A stretch of DNA of 64,000 bases from contig CM059431.1 in assembly GCA_030390025.1 (NCBI GenBank), forward strand, positions 159,156,001 through 159,220,000, in the 5' to 3' direction. Positions 25,553 to 39,413 of the stretch are shown here, piece by piece. The notes beneath the pieces were generated by a model. That model saw nothing but the letters and a program-made list of their open reading frames with translations, had not been told where the DNA came from and made no database searches. A program made the translations under genes and the position numbers. This stretch comes from Squalus acanthias. Its lineage: Eukaryota. Within the stretch, counting starts at the first letter, position 1, and every line of letters begins with the position of its first letter.

Positions 25553-28500
25553 CTGTAAATTAAAGAATATGTTTAAGATTTGTTTTTCAAGTATTCATTG
25601 ACAGGCCAAATAGTCTCAAACAATTAGAAAAGCTGCTGTTATTTCATAACATTCAGTGAAAAAAAAACTCTAAGCGAAAGATGAACCATCCGTGAATATG
25701 TAAGAAAGTAAAGGATGGTGTGAACTTGAGAATAAAAGCATATAATGTTGCGAAGAATAGCAGCTCTTCTTTAGAGCCTTTCAAACATTGAGACGGCCAT
25801 TGGCGCCTCACAGATCAGGAATTTAGAGTTAAACTGCCTCTTTTCCGTAGAGTTAAGAGAAACGACCTAGTATTTGCAACATGTGGAGGTTGTTTAAAGT
25901 AAGTAGGAAGTAAAGAGTGGAAGCCCAAGGCAACGGATTACCGTTGGCCCTATTATCCCAGAGGATCAGGCAGATTACAGGGTGCCTGGGATCATGTGGG
26001 CCATGGGGAGCCAATCAAAGTAGGAAAACTGCATTCATACACTTGACAGGAAAACCTGTCAAATATATGAATGGAGATCACCCCAAAAACATATTGGCGA
26101 AGAAATTCCTTTCGCAGGCCGCCCGCGGGCGGAGGACTGCGATCTGGAAAAATCTGTGACTGGATTGGAGTGCTCCCGGGAGGCGCAGAGTTCCGTTGCT
26201 TGGTCTCTCCAAACTTCCGGTGCGCAGGGCCCACGTATCCCAGAGGCGCTTGCGGTTCGCAGCGTCCCTGGGATCACGTAGGGAGCCAATCAGAGAAGTG
26301 AATCTCCCTCCATACACTTGACAGGAAGACCTGTCCAATATATGAATGGAATTCACCCCGAAAACATAGTAAAAGCTAGCCTTAGCCCTGCTTTTAGCAG
26401 GCATACAATTTCTAATGGTTTTCTGCAGGCGGGGGTTCTCCAGAAAGCGGAACTATCCGTCCGCAGAAGACCTTCTCCAGGCTTGGCGTCCAATCTGTCA
26501 AGAGCATTCTTGATAGATCGGAAATTACGGATTTGAGCGCATGCGCTTGGCATGCCTGAAACCGGTATTTCCGATGTCCCTGCGGTTGTGTACACAGCGC
26601 GTACACACCCATAAGCATCGGAAAATACCGGCCCATCAACGCCAAGCTCCCAGACGTGCGCTTACATTAACCATGTCTTCATATCATAACTTCCTAGAGC
26701 ATCATCAGACAATCGCAACCTTCAACTAATCAGCTTTATTCAGCATCCTTTATTAATATGTGTTATATAACTTCAGGAAATATTGGAAAATAGATCAGAT
26801 AGACACCAAGGATGCGATTCGGAATTTTATTTTAAAGAGGACATGATGGCTGTCGTGACAGTAGATGCCGGTAATGTTGATGTCCCTGAGCATTGGGCAG
26901 AAGAATGAATGTGAAGGCTTAAAGTTGCCTAACCCATGGACTGGATGAATTTTGCGAGTGCTTGGTGAGACGTAGAAAAATGCAGATTTTTTGAGGTTGT
27001 TAATTATAAGTAATAACTGTGGCAGGGAAGATGGTAGATAGGCAGGTAGAATCCGCCATGCAGTTAAGTTGGAAGGAAAAAGAAATGGAAGCAACGACTT
27101 GAATATGTTCAGTAGAAAGTTCTAGAAATTGGTGCCACGGGCAGTGACTCACACGAATCGACTCGTTTAATTAAAATGCTCGTCTGCTTTGCTAAAGAAC
27201 GGACAGAATTTCTCGGCCGTGAGCGACAGCTTATTTTAAATATGTCTGTTAATTTCTTTTCCTGAGATTAGATATATGTGGCTATTAGATGTTCTATCTA
27301 GCTCCAGGATATCCATTGGGTCTTTGCTGAGGACGCGTGATGGTTGTGCTGCCAATGGTATCTTATTCAAATATTCATTACAATATTTGGCCCGTAATTT
27401 CCTTTAGGAGGCTGCCTGCGTGCGGTTGACTCCTATCGGGAATAAATCTACGCCCTTACCTGAGTGCTCCCGAGGAATAGCCATTTCCGATCCTGGGCCT
27501 GTCCACAGTAGAAATGCGCAGGGCCCACCTGATCCCAGGGACGCTTGCGATGCTCGTGAGCCCCTGAGATTGGTGGACAGGCGAGAGAATAGAAGGGAAT
27601 CTCCCTTCATATCCTTGACAGATAGAGCTGTCAAAGGTATGAATAAAGATCACCCGAAAAACAAATTAAAACAATAAATACATTTTTCAAAAGCATCGCG
27701 TTTTTAAAATGAGTAACATTTAAATTAATTTAAATATTTTAAACAAAAATTTAATGTTTTGAAAAAAATTATTATAGATTTTTACGGATCTAAAATTAAA
27801 CTTACCTTATTTAGAAGTTCTTAAAAATTATAAATGAGCGAAAAAATATGTATTTTTTTACTTTTTTAAACTCTGGTGCTCTGAAAAGCAAGCCTTACGC
27901 CTGCTTTTACCAGGAGTACGATTTGTAACTGTTTTCAAGACCGGATGTCCTGCAGCAAGCGTAAATCTCCACCCGCAGAGGCCCTTCTCTGGGGCAAGCG
28001 TCCGATCTGTCAAGATGATTCTTGACAGATCGGAAATGCCGGTTTTAGCGCATGCGCTTCGCATGCCTGAAACCGGCATTACCGATGTCCCTCCCGGTGT
28101 GTACACAGCGCGTACTCACACGTAGGCATCGGAAAATACGAGCCATTGTGACTTGGCGTGTTCCTTGCAATCCTGAAATTTGAATTAATTGCTCCTTGGA
28201 TAGGATGCCATTTATGTCCGATTACAGAAACAACAGTAACCCGAATCCCTGCAGAAATACGGCCAAGGTAAATAGCTTAACTGCAAGACGTTTTCCAGTG
28301 AAGTATCAGTTGATTAGAGAGTCTCTTTCTGCAGATGGTTTTTGCATGTCACTTATGCGGCACAAATGTTACTTGCTAATTATCCACCAAAACTGGCATG
28401 TTGACCAGATCTTGTTGCATACGGGCATGGACTGTTTAGTTACCTGAGGAATTGGGAATGGAATTGAACACTGTAATCATCAGTGTACAGCACAAATTCT

Positions 28501-28890
28501 GACCGTATGACAGAAAAAAATGAATTGATGATGCAGCTGACGATATTTGGGTCGAGGATTCTTCCACGATGAACTCATGGTTATAACATGAGATGCTGCT
28601 CTCTTATTATTTAACGCATTAAAAACCTCAAGTTCTGTTTCCTTTGAGACGATATTAGCTGTAATCTAAGAGCACGTAAAAGGGTGGGCCGTGAGAAGGC
28701 TGTTATCATTCACCCCATGGCTTTCAAGTCCTCGCAACACCACACCTACGACGCGAACATAAAGTCGACAGGGAATACCACCTTTAAACCATCAAAGCCA
28801 TGCCGTTCCAGACCGACTTGAACAATCGCCCAACAACTCGTCTCAAATTTAGGAGGCCATTTAGACAATACAAACATATATGTAGCATAC

Positions 28891-29060
28891 CTTATGAATT
28901 GTTTCAGTAAACACGTTTGCATCTAAGAGCGATTGACTAACAGCTTCCACGAATTCTTCAATTGACGATTCTAGTCTCTGACGGTAGCAGCCGATAATTC
29001 TTCCAAGATGGATATCGTTGTAGATCGCCAACATTAGTAACTTTTTAGTCTCTGAATTTT
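28891..29060 (-). CDS. Exon A1, N-terminal half of a CARD-like death-fold domain: (E)NSETKKLLMLAIYNDIHLGRIIGCYRQRLESSIEEFVEAVSQSLLDANVFTETIHK
   Basis: Acceptor catttacacttttacag|, donor AAG|GTATGC, 170 nt, phase 1->0, open. Its downstream partner exon B is deleted. Confidence 0.75.
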
Positions 29061-30602
29061 CTGTAAAAGTGTAAATGAGAACAGGTTACAATACTATGTT
29101 TGCTTTGAGGTAATGAATAATTTGAACTAACTTTTAGAGCAGCAGCTTATCTTTAGAGCCTTTCAAACAGTGAGACGGCCAATGGCGCCTCACAGAGCAG
29201 GAATTTAGAGTTAAAGCTGCCTCTTTTTCGTAGAGTTAAGAGAAAATACCTAGATCTTGCAACATTTGGAGGTTGTTTAAAGTAAGTAGGAAGTAAAGAG
29301 TGGAAGCCCAACGCAACGGATTACAGACAGTGGTGCTAACGACTTTGTTGGAGTCCGGAGCAGAGGAACCAATAATCTGGAGAAAACAGCAAAGGGAGAG
29401 GATGGACCAGAAATAAAAGAGGGTTTCTGAAGAAGACTGTAAAATTAAGACGCTCGAGACCGTAAAGGGATTTGTAGATGAGTAGGAGTCTTTCACAAAT
29501 TGTCTGGGATAGGAAGTGAATGTAGGTAACCGACGAATGGGATTATGGATAAGTGGAAATGAGGGTGAATTGATGAATTGAAGCAGTCGAGCTCTGGAGA
29601 TTCTATCTGGCAGAGCCCAAAAGTAGTTTAAGGAATCGAGTCTAAACCTAACAAAAGCGTATCTAAAACACGAGAAAATATTCATATGTTATCAGCGCGA
29701 AGCAAAGGCATTTGCTGCGGCCACAAAGTAAGCTTGACACAAAGATCTCGCAATCAGGTTTTCCGAAGTGTAATTTAAATCAACGGAGCATCATTGGCAA
29801 ACCCGAGTGCAAGCTTCTGTGAAGTCAACAGGCTGTCTAAGCATCCAACCAAAACGCAGAATTCTCACAGACAGCGAACAAGGAAGTCAATAAGCTGTTA
29901 AACTTCTGACATTTAAAAAAAATGAATGAGAGAACTAAACAAATATTGGGGCTCTAACATGGGGAAAATGCAAAGCAGAACTAAGGAGGAAAAATCCTTT
30001 AAATTAATTACATTTTCAGAATAATGTTAATTTTTATTTAAATGAATAAAGTTGTCTCTGCACAAAATTTAAATTAGATTTTCTGGCCATCACATTTGTT
30101 TAGAATTCATAACGCTGTTGCAATCCAGTTACACCCTTCCCTTTCAGTCAAACTTTTAGTGGGGAATTCAAGAGCGCAATTACTGTGAAAGAGCCGAAGA
30201 TTGCATCGGTTTCGCTAATTTGAGAGATTTCCCTGATTACCGGCTCTGGGTGGGCACAGCGCAGCCTCTGCAATTTTATTGGAGTCAAAGGATGGGAACA
30301 TAGGACCGAGCGAACAACGGGCAGCAGATGCAATACCGGCCGTTTTTCGGCGAGAACAAAACACAGGCCGTATCGCATCCATCGCCTATTATATGTTGCG
30401 CGCGAATAAACTTGAATTGAGCTGAATATCGGCCGTATGTGTAACTATCGGCTAATGTGATTCCGGCCATTGTGTGTCCCCGACAATTAGAATTTCATCC
30501 TCCTGGACATTAACTTAAAATAAGTTCCTCGACATAAATAATGAACTCTCTTACTCTGAAAGTAAACGAGATCTTTTGCAATTAGATGTTGACATCGCCT
30601 AC

Positions 30603-30801
30603 CTTCTAGATAATATTTTCTCCCTGTATCTCTGTTCTGTATCTCTGACAATGTCGCTTTCAGTTTGGGTTTTGTATTCTGCAGTTGAAGAAATATGTTC
30701 CACATTGTTCTTTCTCCCCGAGCCCCCTTTTCCAGCACGGTATCGAAAATGCGTTGGGAAGCATCGTTTCTGCGCTGACTTTCAGCAAGTGTACTGATTT
30801 C
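30603..30801 (-). CDS. Exon B1, C-terminal half of a CARD-like domain: EISTLAESQRRNDASQRIFDTVLEKGARGERTMWNIFLQLQNTKPKLKATLSEIQNRDTGRKYYLE
   Basis: Acceptor atgtttttag|, donor AAG|GTAGGC, 199 nt, phase 0->1. The FDTVLEKG…F…L…P.L pattern matches CARD helices 4-6. Confidence 0.8.
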
Positions 30802-31775
30802 CTAAAAACATATTACAATCATATTGAACACAGTATTTTACAAAATCAGCTAAGAAACGTCGGTTTTGTTTCTCCCTCTCTTTATGGGAGGAATGAATAG
30901 AAAAGCTCGCAATCAGGTGACCAATATCTGTGTGAACGAGATAAGTAATAAGGAGCGTCACGAAAGAGCAGAGAATGGCAGACGGCCGGAGAGGATTACA
31001 GAGTTAATTCCAGAGTTTAGGCCGAGGCAGCACAACGCACGGCTACCAATGGTGGCGTGAAGAGAATCCGGGTTGCGCAATGGTTCAGAATTTGATGAGC
31101 ACAGAGATCACGGAGGATTGTACGGCTGGAGGATGTTGCAGAGATAGAGAGGACCAGCGTTGAGTCAACGAGGGAAGCTGAATTTTCTCAACTGATATGA
31201 AAAAATGTAAAGTGCCAAATAAAAAGGGAAAAGTCAGATTTCAGGAATATGGTTCGTGCAAAATGAATCATTATTTGTTGTTAGTAACAGCAATGCTCTG
31301 GAAAGCTCACAACGTGCTTTTAGAAACTCAAACTGCACAGATTATAAAACAATGCGGGTGAAATTGGAATCGGCCAGTCGCATGACAGGTGCTGATAGCG
31401 AATGGGAAGCTCGTGTTACACGCGTCCGTATTTCTTTCCCATTGATTGCAATTAGAATTCCGTTCATTTCAAGTATCATTCATCGAAACAGCAGCACAAG
31501 CTTATCAGTCAATCCTTCATCTTCTATATGAACCATTTGCTTTGAATACCTGAATAGTCCTGTCTTATGAGTAATTATTTTATTTGAAGTGTTTATGAAA
31601 TGTGATCATTGTCCCGAATTCTGCCTCATGCCAATCACCAAATTCTTAAACTTTAAACGTTTTACCTTCTGCTGGTTAACCACTATGTTTCTTTGATTTG
31701 ATTTATATAATCAACCACTACATTCAATTTGTTAATCTCCATTTCATTTCCTTTTCTATGCACATCCAAGTAATT

Positions 31776-34700
31776 GGCTGCTCGAGGAACTCCGGCTCCG
31801 TGTTGATGAGCTGGAGTCCGAGCTTCAAACACTGCGACACATCAGGGAGGGGGAGAGTTACCTGGACTCCGTGTTTCAGGAGGTAGTCACACCAATTAGA
31901 GTAACTAATTCAGAAGTAGCCCGTGGTCAGGGACAGGAAGGTGTGACTACGAGTGAGGCAGGTACAGTAATCCAGGAGGTAGTGTTGGAGGAGACGCAGC
32001 CCTTGCTCTTGTCGGACAGGTTCGAGGCTCTTACTCCCTGTGTGGATAGGAGCGGGGACTGCAGGGAGGATGAGCAACCTGGCCACAGAACCGTGGTAAG
32101 GGGGGCCATTCAAGTGGGGGAGTAAAAAGAAATGTTGTTGTGGTAGGGGATAGTATCATTAGGGGGATAGATAGGGTTCTTTGCAGCCAAGAGCGAGAGT
32201 CCCGAAGGCTGTGTTGCCTGCCCGGTGCCAGGGTTAAGGACATCTCCTCTGGGCTGGAGAGAAACTTGGAGTGGGAGGGGGAGGATCCAGTTGTCGTTGT
32301 CCATGTTGGTACCAATGACATAGATAGGATAAGGAAAGAGGTTCTGCTGAGGGAGTTTGAGCAGCTAGGGGCCAAATTAAAAAGCAGAACCTCGAGGGTA
32401 ATAATCTCTGGATTACTACCTGAGCCACGAGCAAATTTGGCTAGGTTAAATAAAATCAGGGAGTTGAATGCGTGGCTCAAAGACTGGTGTGGGAAAAATG
32501 GGTTTTGCTTCTTGGGACACTGGCACCAGTACTGGGTCAGGAGAGAGCTGTTCCGTTGGGACGGACTTCACTTGGCCATTGCTGGGACTAGTGTCCTGGC
32601 GAATCGAATAACTAGGGCTTTGGAGAGGGCTTTAAACTAATTAGTGGGGGGGAGGTTTCAAGAGAGCAAAAAATAAAAATGACAACAGAGAGGGTCATAG
32701 ACATAGGTAGCAGTAGGGGAATCACAAATCAGAGCGTGGCAGGAAGGGACAGAGTGTGTGGAGTAAAAGGTAAAGTGGTAAAAAGTGAAAAAGCAGGAAC
32801 TAAGTGCCACAAAGCATATTTGAAAGTTCTTTATCTGAATGCACGTAGCATTCGTAACAAAATAGACGAGTTAATAGCACAAATAACTATATATGGTTAT
32901 GATATTGTGGCCATTACAGAAGCATGGCTGCAGGGTGACAATGCCTGGGAATTAAACATACCAGGTTGTTTAACGATCAGGAAGGACAGGCAGGAAGGAA
33001 GGGGAGGTGGGGTGGCTATGTTAATAAATGAAGGAATCACTGTAATACAGAGTAATGATATTGGGTCAAAAAATCATGATAATGAAACAGTTTGGGTGGA
33101 GCTAAGGAATAATAAGGGGAAAAAACACTAGTGAGCGTAGTCTATAGGCCTCCGAACAGTTGCAACTCTGTGGGACGGAGTATCAATCAGGAAATGGTTG
33201 AGGCATGTAATAAGGGAATATGTATAATTATGGGGGATTTTAAATATCATATTAATTGGACAAATCAAATGGGGCAGGGCTGCCTTGAGGATGAGTTCAT
33301 TGAGTGTATTAGGGATGGGTTTCTTGAGCAGTATGTAACTGAACCGACCAGGGGGCAAGCAACCTTAGATCTGGTTCTGTGTAACGAGACAGGATTAATT
33401 AAAAATGTACTAGTAAAGGATCCCCTTGGAATGAGTGCCCATAACATGGTTGAATTCCATATTCAATTAGAGGGTGAGAAGGTTGGATCTCAAACAAGCG
33501 TCCTAAGCTTGAATAAAGGAGACTATGAAGGTATGCGAGCGGAATTGAGCAGAGTGGATTGGGAAAATAGATTAAAGGGTAAGACGACACATGATCAGTG
33601 GTGTACATTCAAGGAGTTATTTTACAACTTCCAAAAAATATATATTCCACTGAAAAGAAAAGGGTGTAAAAGAAAGGACAGTCATCCGTGGCTAAGTAAA
33701 GAAATTAAGGATTGTATGCGACTAAAAACAAGGGCATATAAGGTAGCAAAATCTAGTGGTAGGACAGAGGATTGGGAAATCTTTAAAAGGCAGCAAAAAA
33801 TAACAAAAACATTGATTAAGAAAGGGAAGATACATTATGAAAGTAAATTAGCAAAAAATATAAAAACAGATAGTAAGAGTTTTTATAGTTATATAAAAAG
33901 AAAAAGGGTGGCTAAAGTAAATGTTGGTCCCTTAGAGGATGAGACCGGGAAATTAATGGTGGGAAATATGGAGATGGCAGAAACACTGAATGAATATTTT
34001 GTATCAGTCTTTACAGTAGAGGACACTAAGAATATCCCAACACTGGACAAACAGGGGGCTATAGGGGGAGAGGAGCTAAACACGATCAAAATCACTAAGG
34101 AAGTGGTACTCGGTAAAATAATGGGACTCAAGGCGGATAAATCACCTGGACCTGATGGCTTGCATCCTAGAGTCTTGAAGGAAGTGGCGGTAGGGATTGT
34201 AGATGCATTGGTAATAATTTTTCAAAACTCCCTGGATTCCGCTAAGGTCCCGGCAGACTGGAAAACTGCTAATGTAACACCCTTATTTAAAAAGGGCAGT
34301 AGACAGAAGGCTGGTAACTATAGACCGGTTAGCCTAACATCTGTGGTAGGTAAAATTTTGGAGTCCATTATTAAGGAAACAGTAACAGGACATTTGGATA
34401 ATCATAATTTAATAGGACAAAGTCAGCATGGTTTTACGAAGGGTAAGTCATGTTTGACAAATTTGCTGGAGTTCTTTGAGGAAGTAACATATAGAGTGGA
34501 TAAAGGGGAACCAGTGGACGTAGTGTATTTAGACTTCCAAAAGGCATTTGACAAGGTGCCACACAAAAGATTATTGCTTAAGGTAAAAAATCGCGGGATT
34601 GGGGGCAATATTCTGGCATGGATAGAGGATTGGCTATCTAACAGAAAGCAAAAAGTTGGGATAAATGGTTCATTCTCAGACTGGCAATCAGTAACTAGTG

Positions 34701-35868
34701 GTGTTCCACAGGGGTCAGTGCTGGGTCCCCAACTCTTTACAATCTATATTAACGATTTGGAGGAAGGGACCAAGTGTAACATATCAAAATTTGCAGATGA
34801 TACAAAGATGGGAGGGAAAGTAGTGAGTGAGGAGGACATAAAAAACCTGCAAGGGGACATAGACAGGCTAAGTAAGTGGGCAGAGATTTGGCAGATGGAA
34901 CACAACACTGGAAAGTGTGAGGTGATGCACTTTGGCAGGAAAAATCCTAGAGCAATTTATTATCTTAATGGCAAGAAACTGGAGAGTACTGAAGTGCAAA
35001 GGGATCTGGGGGTCCTGGTGCACGAAACTCAAAAGGTTAGTATGCAGGTGCAGCAAGTGATTAAGAAGGCAAATGGAATGTTGGCTTTCATTGCTAGGGG
35101 GATAGAATATCAAAATAGGGAGGTATTGCTTCAGTTGTACAAGGTATTGGTGAGACCGCACCTGGAATACTGCATACAGCTTTGGTGTCCTTACTTAAGG
35201 AAAGACATCCTTGCACTCGAGGCAGTGCAAAAAAGGTTCACTCGGTTAATCCCGGGGATGAGGGGGTGGTCATATGAGGAGAGGTTGGGTAGATTGGGAC
35301 TCTACTCATTGGCGTTCAGAAGAATGAGAGGCGATCTTATTGAAACATATAAGATTGTGAAGGGGTTGGATCGGGTGGATGCGGGGAGGATGTTCCCGAT
35401 GACGGGTGAGACTAGAACTAGGGGACATAGTCTTAGAATAAGGGGCTGCTCTTTCAAAACTGAGATGAGGAGGAACTACTTCACTCAGAGGGTGGTAGGT
35501 CCATGGAATATGCTGCCACAAAAAGCTGTAGAAGCTACATCTTTAAATAAATTTAAAACATAAATAGACAGTTTACTAGAAGTAAAGGGCATTAAGGGTT
35601 ACGGGGAGCGGGAAGGAATTTGGACATGAGTATAGGTTCGGATCGGTCATGGCCCTGTGGGTAGTGGAGCGGGCCCAGGGACTGTGTAGCCTGATTCTGC
35701 TCCTATTTCGTGTGTGCAATTCTGTTAGATGCAGGAGATGGTTCTGTGATAGATAGTAGATTGGCGGTTAGGATCAGATCAGCCATGATCTTATTGAATG
35801 GCGGAGCAGGCTCGAGGGGCCGATTGGCCTACTCCTGCACCTATTTCTTATGTTCTTATGTTCTTATG
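31776..35868 (+). mobile_element. Young near-full-length CR1 LINE (ORF1 coiled-coil + SGNH esterase; ORF2 APE + RT)
   Basis: ORF1 VGDSIIRG…CLPGARVKD…VHVGTND…DGLHL. ORF2 YLNARSIRNK…, YLDFQKAFDKVPH, GVPQGSVLGP, FADD. (TTCTTATG)n tail. Absent from the other units at the equivalent site. Confidence 0.97.
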
Positions 35869-36349
35869 CTCCACCCGTTTTATTATCGTGTAATTCCTAT
35901 AAATCGTATCGCAATCATTTCCTACTTGGTACCTTCGTATTGCTTCCCGACGGAATTATCTGATCCATTCCGTCCCAATATATCTGTGCTCGTGTGTTCT
36001 TGATTTGTTGCAATTGGTTATCCTGTACTTATATATTGCTTTGATTTACTGTTCTTCTGAATTCTAATGATATCACTGCTTCTTAGATATCCGTTATCCG
36101 TTTGCAGTAATTGATCCAATAGCCATTCCTTCCCTGTTGTTCTGGAACCGTACCCATCTATCACACGTCCTGGATACGTGGCAGATAGCACACTCCCTCT
36201 TGCACCCGTACATCACTTCTATACTTTAGATATTTTAAGTCCCCCATATCTCTGATACCCTCGCTAAAATGTCTCCATTTTTTCAATATATCGCTTCCTC
36301 AATTCGTGACCCACCACTTGTGAATGAAAATTAACTCCTCTTAGTTAAT

Positions 36350-37168
36350 GGCCAAGTTTTTCGATCGCAGGAATCCCGGGACCGCAGGTCTGCAATCGAG
36401 AAAAATCTACGCCCTTACCTTCGGGATCCCGGGACGCACACGATTCCGATCCTGGGCCTCTCCAATCTCCACTTGCGCAAGGCCCTATTATCCCAGAGGC
36501 ACAGGCAGATTACAGGGTGCCTGGGATCATGTGGGCCATGGGGAGCCAATCAAAGTAGGGAAACTGCATTCATACACTTGACAGGAAGACCTTTCAGATA
36601 TATGAATGGAGATCACCCCAAAAACATAGTGGCCCAGAAATACCTTTCGCAGGCCGCCCGCGGGCGGAGGACGACGATCTGGAAAAATCTGTGCCTGGAC
36701 CGGAGGGGTCCCGGGAGGCGCAGAGTTCCGTTGCTTGGTCTCTCCAAACTTCCGGTGCGCAGATCCCACGTATCCCAGAGGCGCAGGCGGTTCGCAGCGT
36801 CCCTGGGATCACGTAGGGAGCCAATCAGAGAACGGAATCTCCCTTCACACATTTGACAGGAAGACCTGACAAATATATGAATGAAATTCACCCCCAAAAC
36901 ATAGTAAAAGCAAGCCTTAGCCCTGCTTTTAGCAGGCATACGATTTCTAATGGTTTTCTGCAAGCGGGGGTTCTACAGAAAGCGGAATTATCAGTCCGCA
37001 GAGGACATTCTCCAAGCTCGGCGTCCAATCTGTCAAGAGCATTCTTGACAAATCGGAAATTACGTATTTCAGCGCATGCGCTTGGCATGCCTGAAACCGG
37101 CATTTCCGCTGTCCCGACGGTTGTGCACACAGCGTGTACACACCAGTAAGGATCGGAATATCCGGCCC
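36350..37168. mobile_element. GC-rich MITE-like element E1, one per unit (also ~25946-26635 truncated, ~46309-47129, ~53248-54069, ~60184-61001)
   Basis: Imperfect TIRs ggccaagtttttcgatc / gatcggaatatccggccc, an internal ~280-bp tandem duplication and internal hairpins. Non-coding. Confidence 0.7.
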
Positions 37169-37924
37169 ATTAACGCCAAGCTCCCAGCCGTGCGCTTACA
37201 TTAACCATTTCTTCATATAATAACTGCCTAGAGCATCATCAGACAATCGCTACCTTCATTTAATCAGCTTTATTCACCATGCTTTATTAATATATGTGTT
37301 ATATAACTTCAGGAAATATTCGAAAAGAGATCAGATAGACATCATGGATGAGACTCGGAATTTTATTTTAAATAGGACATGATGGCTGTCATGACTGGAG
37401 ATGCCGGTAATGTTATGTCTCTGAGTGATGGGCAGAAGAATGAACGTGAAGGCTTAAAGTTGCGTAACCCATGGACTGGATGAATTTTGCGAGTGCTTGG
37501 TGAGACGTAGAATAATGCAGATATTTTGAGGTTGTTAATTATAAATAATAACTGTGGCAGGGAAGTTGGTAGATAGTCAGGTAGAATCAGCCATGCAGTG
37601 AAGTTGGAAGGAGAAAAGAAATGGAAGCAACGACTTGGATATGTTCAGTAGAAAGTTCTAGAAATTGGTGCCACCGGCAGTGACTCAAATGAATCGTCTC
37701 GTTTAATTAAAATGCACGTCACCTTTGCTAAAGAACGGACAAAATTTCTCGGCCGTGAGCGACAGCTTATTTTAAATATGTCAGTTAATTTATTTTCCTG
37801 AGATTAGATATATGTGGCTATTAGATGTTCTATCTAGCTCCAGGATATCCATTGGGTCTCTGCTGAGGACGCGTGATGCTTTTGCTGCTAGTGGTATCTT
37901 ATTCAAATATGCATTACAATATTT

Positions 37925-38682
37925 GGCCCGTAATTTCCGTCAGGAGTCTTCCTGCGTGCGCATGCCTCCGATCGGGAATAAATCTACGCCCTTACCTGAG
38001 GGCTCCCGAGGAGGAGCCATTTCCGATGCTGGGCCTGTCCCGAGGAGAAATGCGCAGGGCCCACCTGATCCCAGGGACGCTTGCGAAGCTCGTGAGCCCC
38101 GGAGATAGGTGGACAGGCGAGAGAATAGAAGGGAATCTCCCTTCATACATTTGACAGATAGACCTGTCAAAGGTATGAATGTAGATCACCCGAAAAACAA
38201 ATCAAAACAATAAATACATTTTTACAAAGCATCGCGTTTATAGAAATGAGTAACATTTATACTAATTTAAATAATTTAAACTAAAATTTAATGTTACGAA
38301 AAAAATAATTAAAGATTTTTACGGAGCTAAAATTAAACTTACCTTATTTAGAAGTACTTTAAAATTATAAATGAGCGAAAAAATATGTATTTTTTTACTT
38401 TTTTAAACTCTTGTGTGTGGGAAAAGCAGGCCTTACGCCTGCTTTTACCAGGAGTACGATTTTTAAGTGTTTTCAGGAGCGAATGTCCTGCAGCAAGCGG
38501 AAATCTCCACTCGCAGAGGCCCTTCTCTGGGGCAAGCGTCCGATCTGTCAAGATGATTCTTGACAGATCGGAAATGCCGGTTTTAGCGCATGCGCTTCGC
38601 ATGCCTGAAACCGGCATTACCGATGTCCCTCCCGGTGTGTACACAGCGCGTACTCACACGTAGGCATCGGAAAATACGAGCC
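37925..38682. mobile_element. GC-rich MITE-like element E2, related to E1, one per unit (also 27389-28144, ~47887-48643, ~54838-55592, ~61757-62511)
   Basis: TIRs ggcccgtaatttccg / cggaaaatacgagcc (2 mismatches), an AT-rich core, and sub-terminal sequence shared with E1. Confidence 0.75.
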
Positions 38683-39413
38683 ATTGTGTCTTGGCGTGTT
38701 CCTTGCAATCCTGAAATTTGGATTAATTGCTCCTTGGATAGGATGCAATTTATGTCCGATTGCAGAAACAACAGTAACCCGGATCCCTGCACAAATAGCT
38801 TAACTGCAAGACGTTTTCCACTGAATTATCAGTTGATTGGAGACTCTCTTTCTGCAGATGGTTTTTGCATGTCACTTATGCGGCACAAATGTTGTTTGCT
38901 GATTATCCACCAAAACTGGCATATTGACCTGATCTGGTTGCATACGGGCATGGACTGTTTAGTCACCTGAGGAATTGGGAATGGAATTGAACACTGCAAT
39001 CATCAGTGTACAGCCCAAATTCTGACCGTATGACAGAAAAAAATGAATTGATGATGCAGCTGACGATATTTGTTTCGAGGATTCTTCCACGATGAACTCA
39101 TGGTTATAACATGAGATGCTGTTCTCTTATTATTTAACGCATTAAAAACCTCAAGTTATGTTTCCTTTGAGACGATATTAGCTGTAATCTAAGAGCACGT
39201 AAAAGGGTGGGCCGTGAGAAGGCTGTTATCATTCACCCCATGGCTTTCAAGTCCTCGCACCACCACACCTACGACGCGAAAATAAAGTCGACAGAGAATA
39301 CAACCTTTAATCCAGCAAAGCCATGCCGTTCCAGACAGACTTGAACAATCTCCCACCAACTCTTCTCAAATTTAGGAGGCCATTTAGACAATACAAACAT
39401 ATATGTAGCATAT

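Noticed and set aside
25917..28106. Many overlapping 60-130 aa ORFs recurring in each unit
   Set aside because: They fall in GC-rich MITEs, open on both strands, vary in frame and length between copies, and show no domain motifs.
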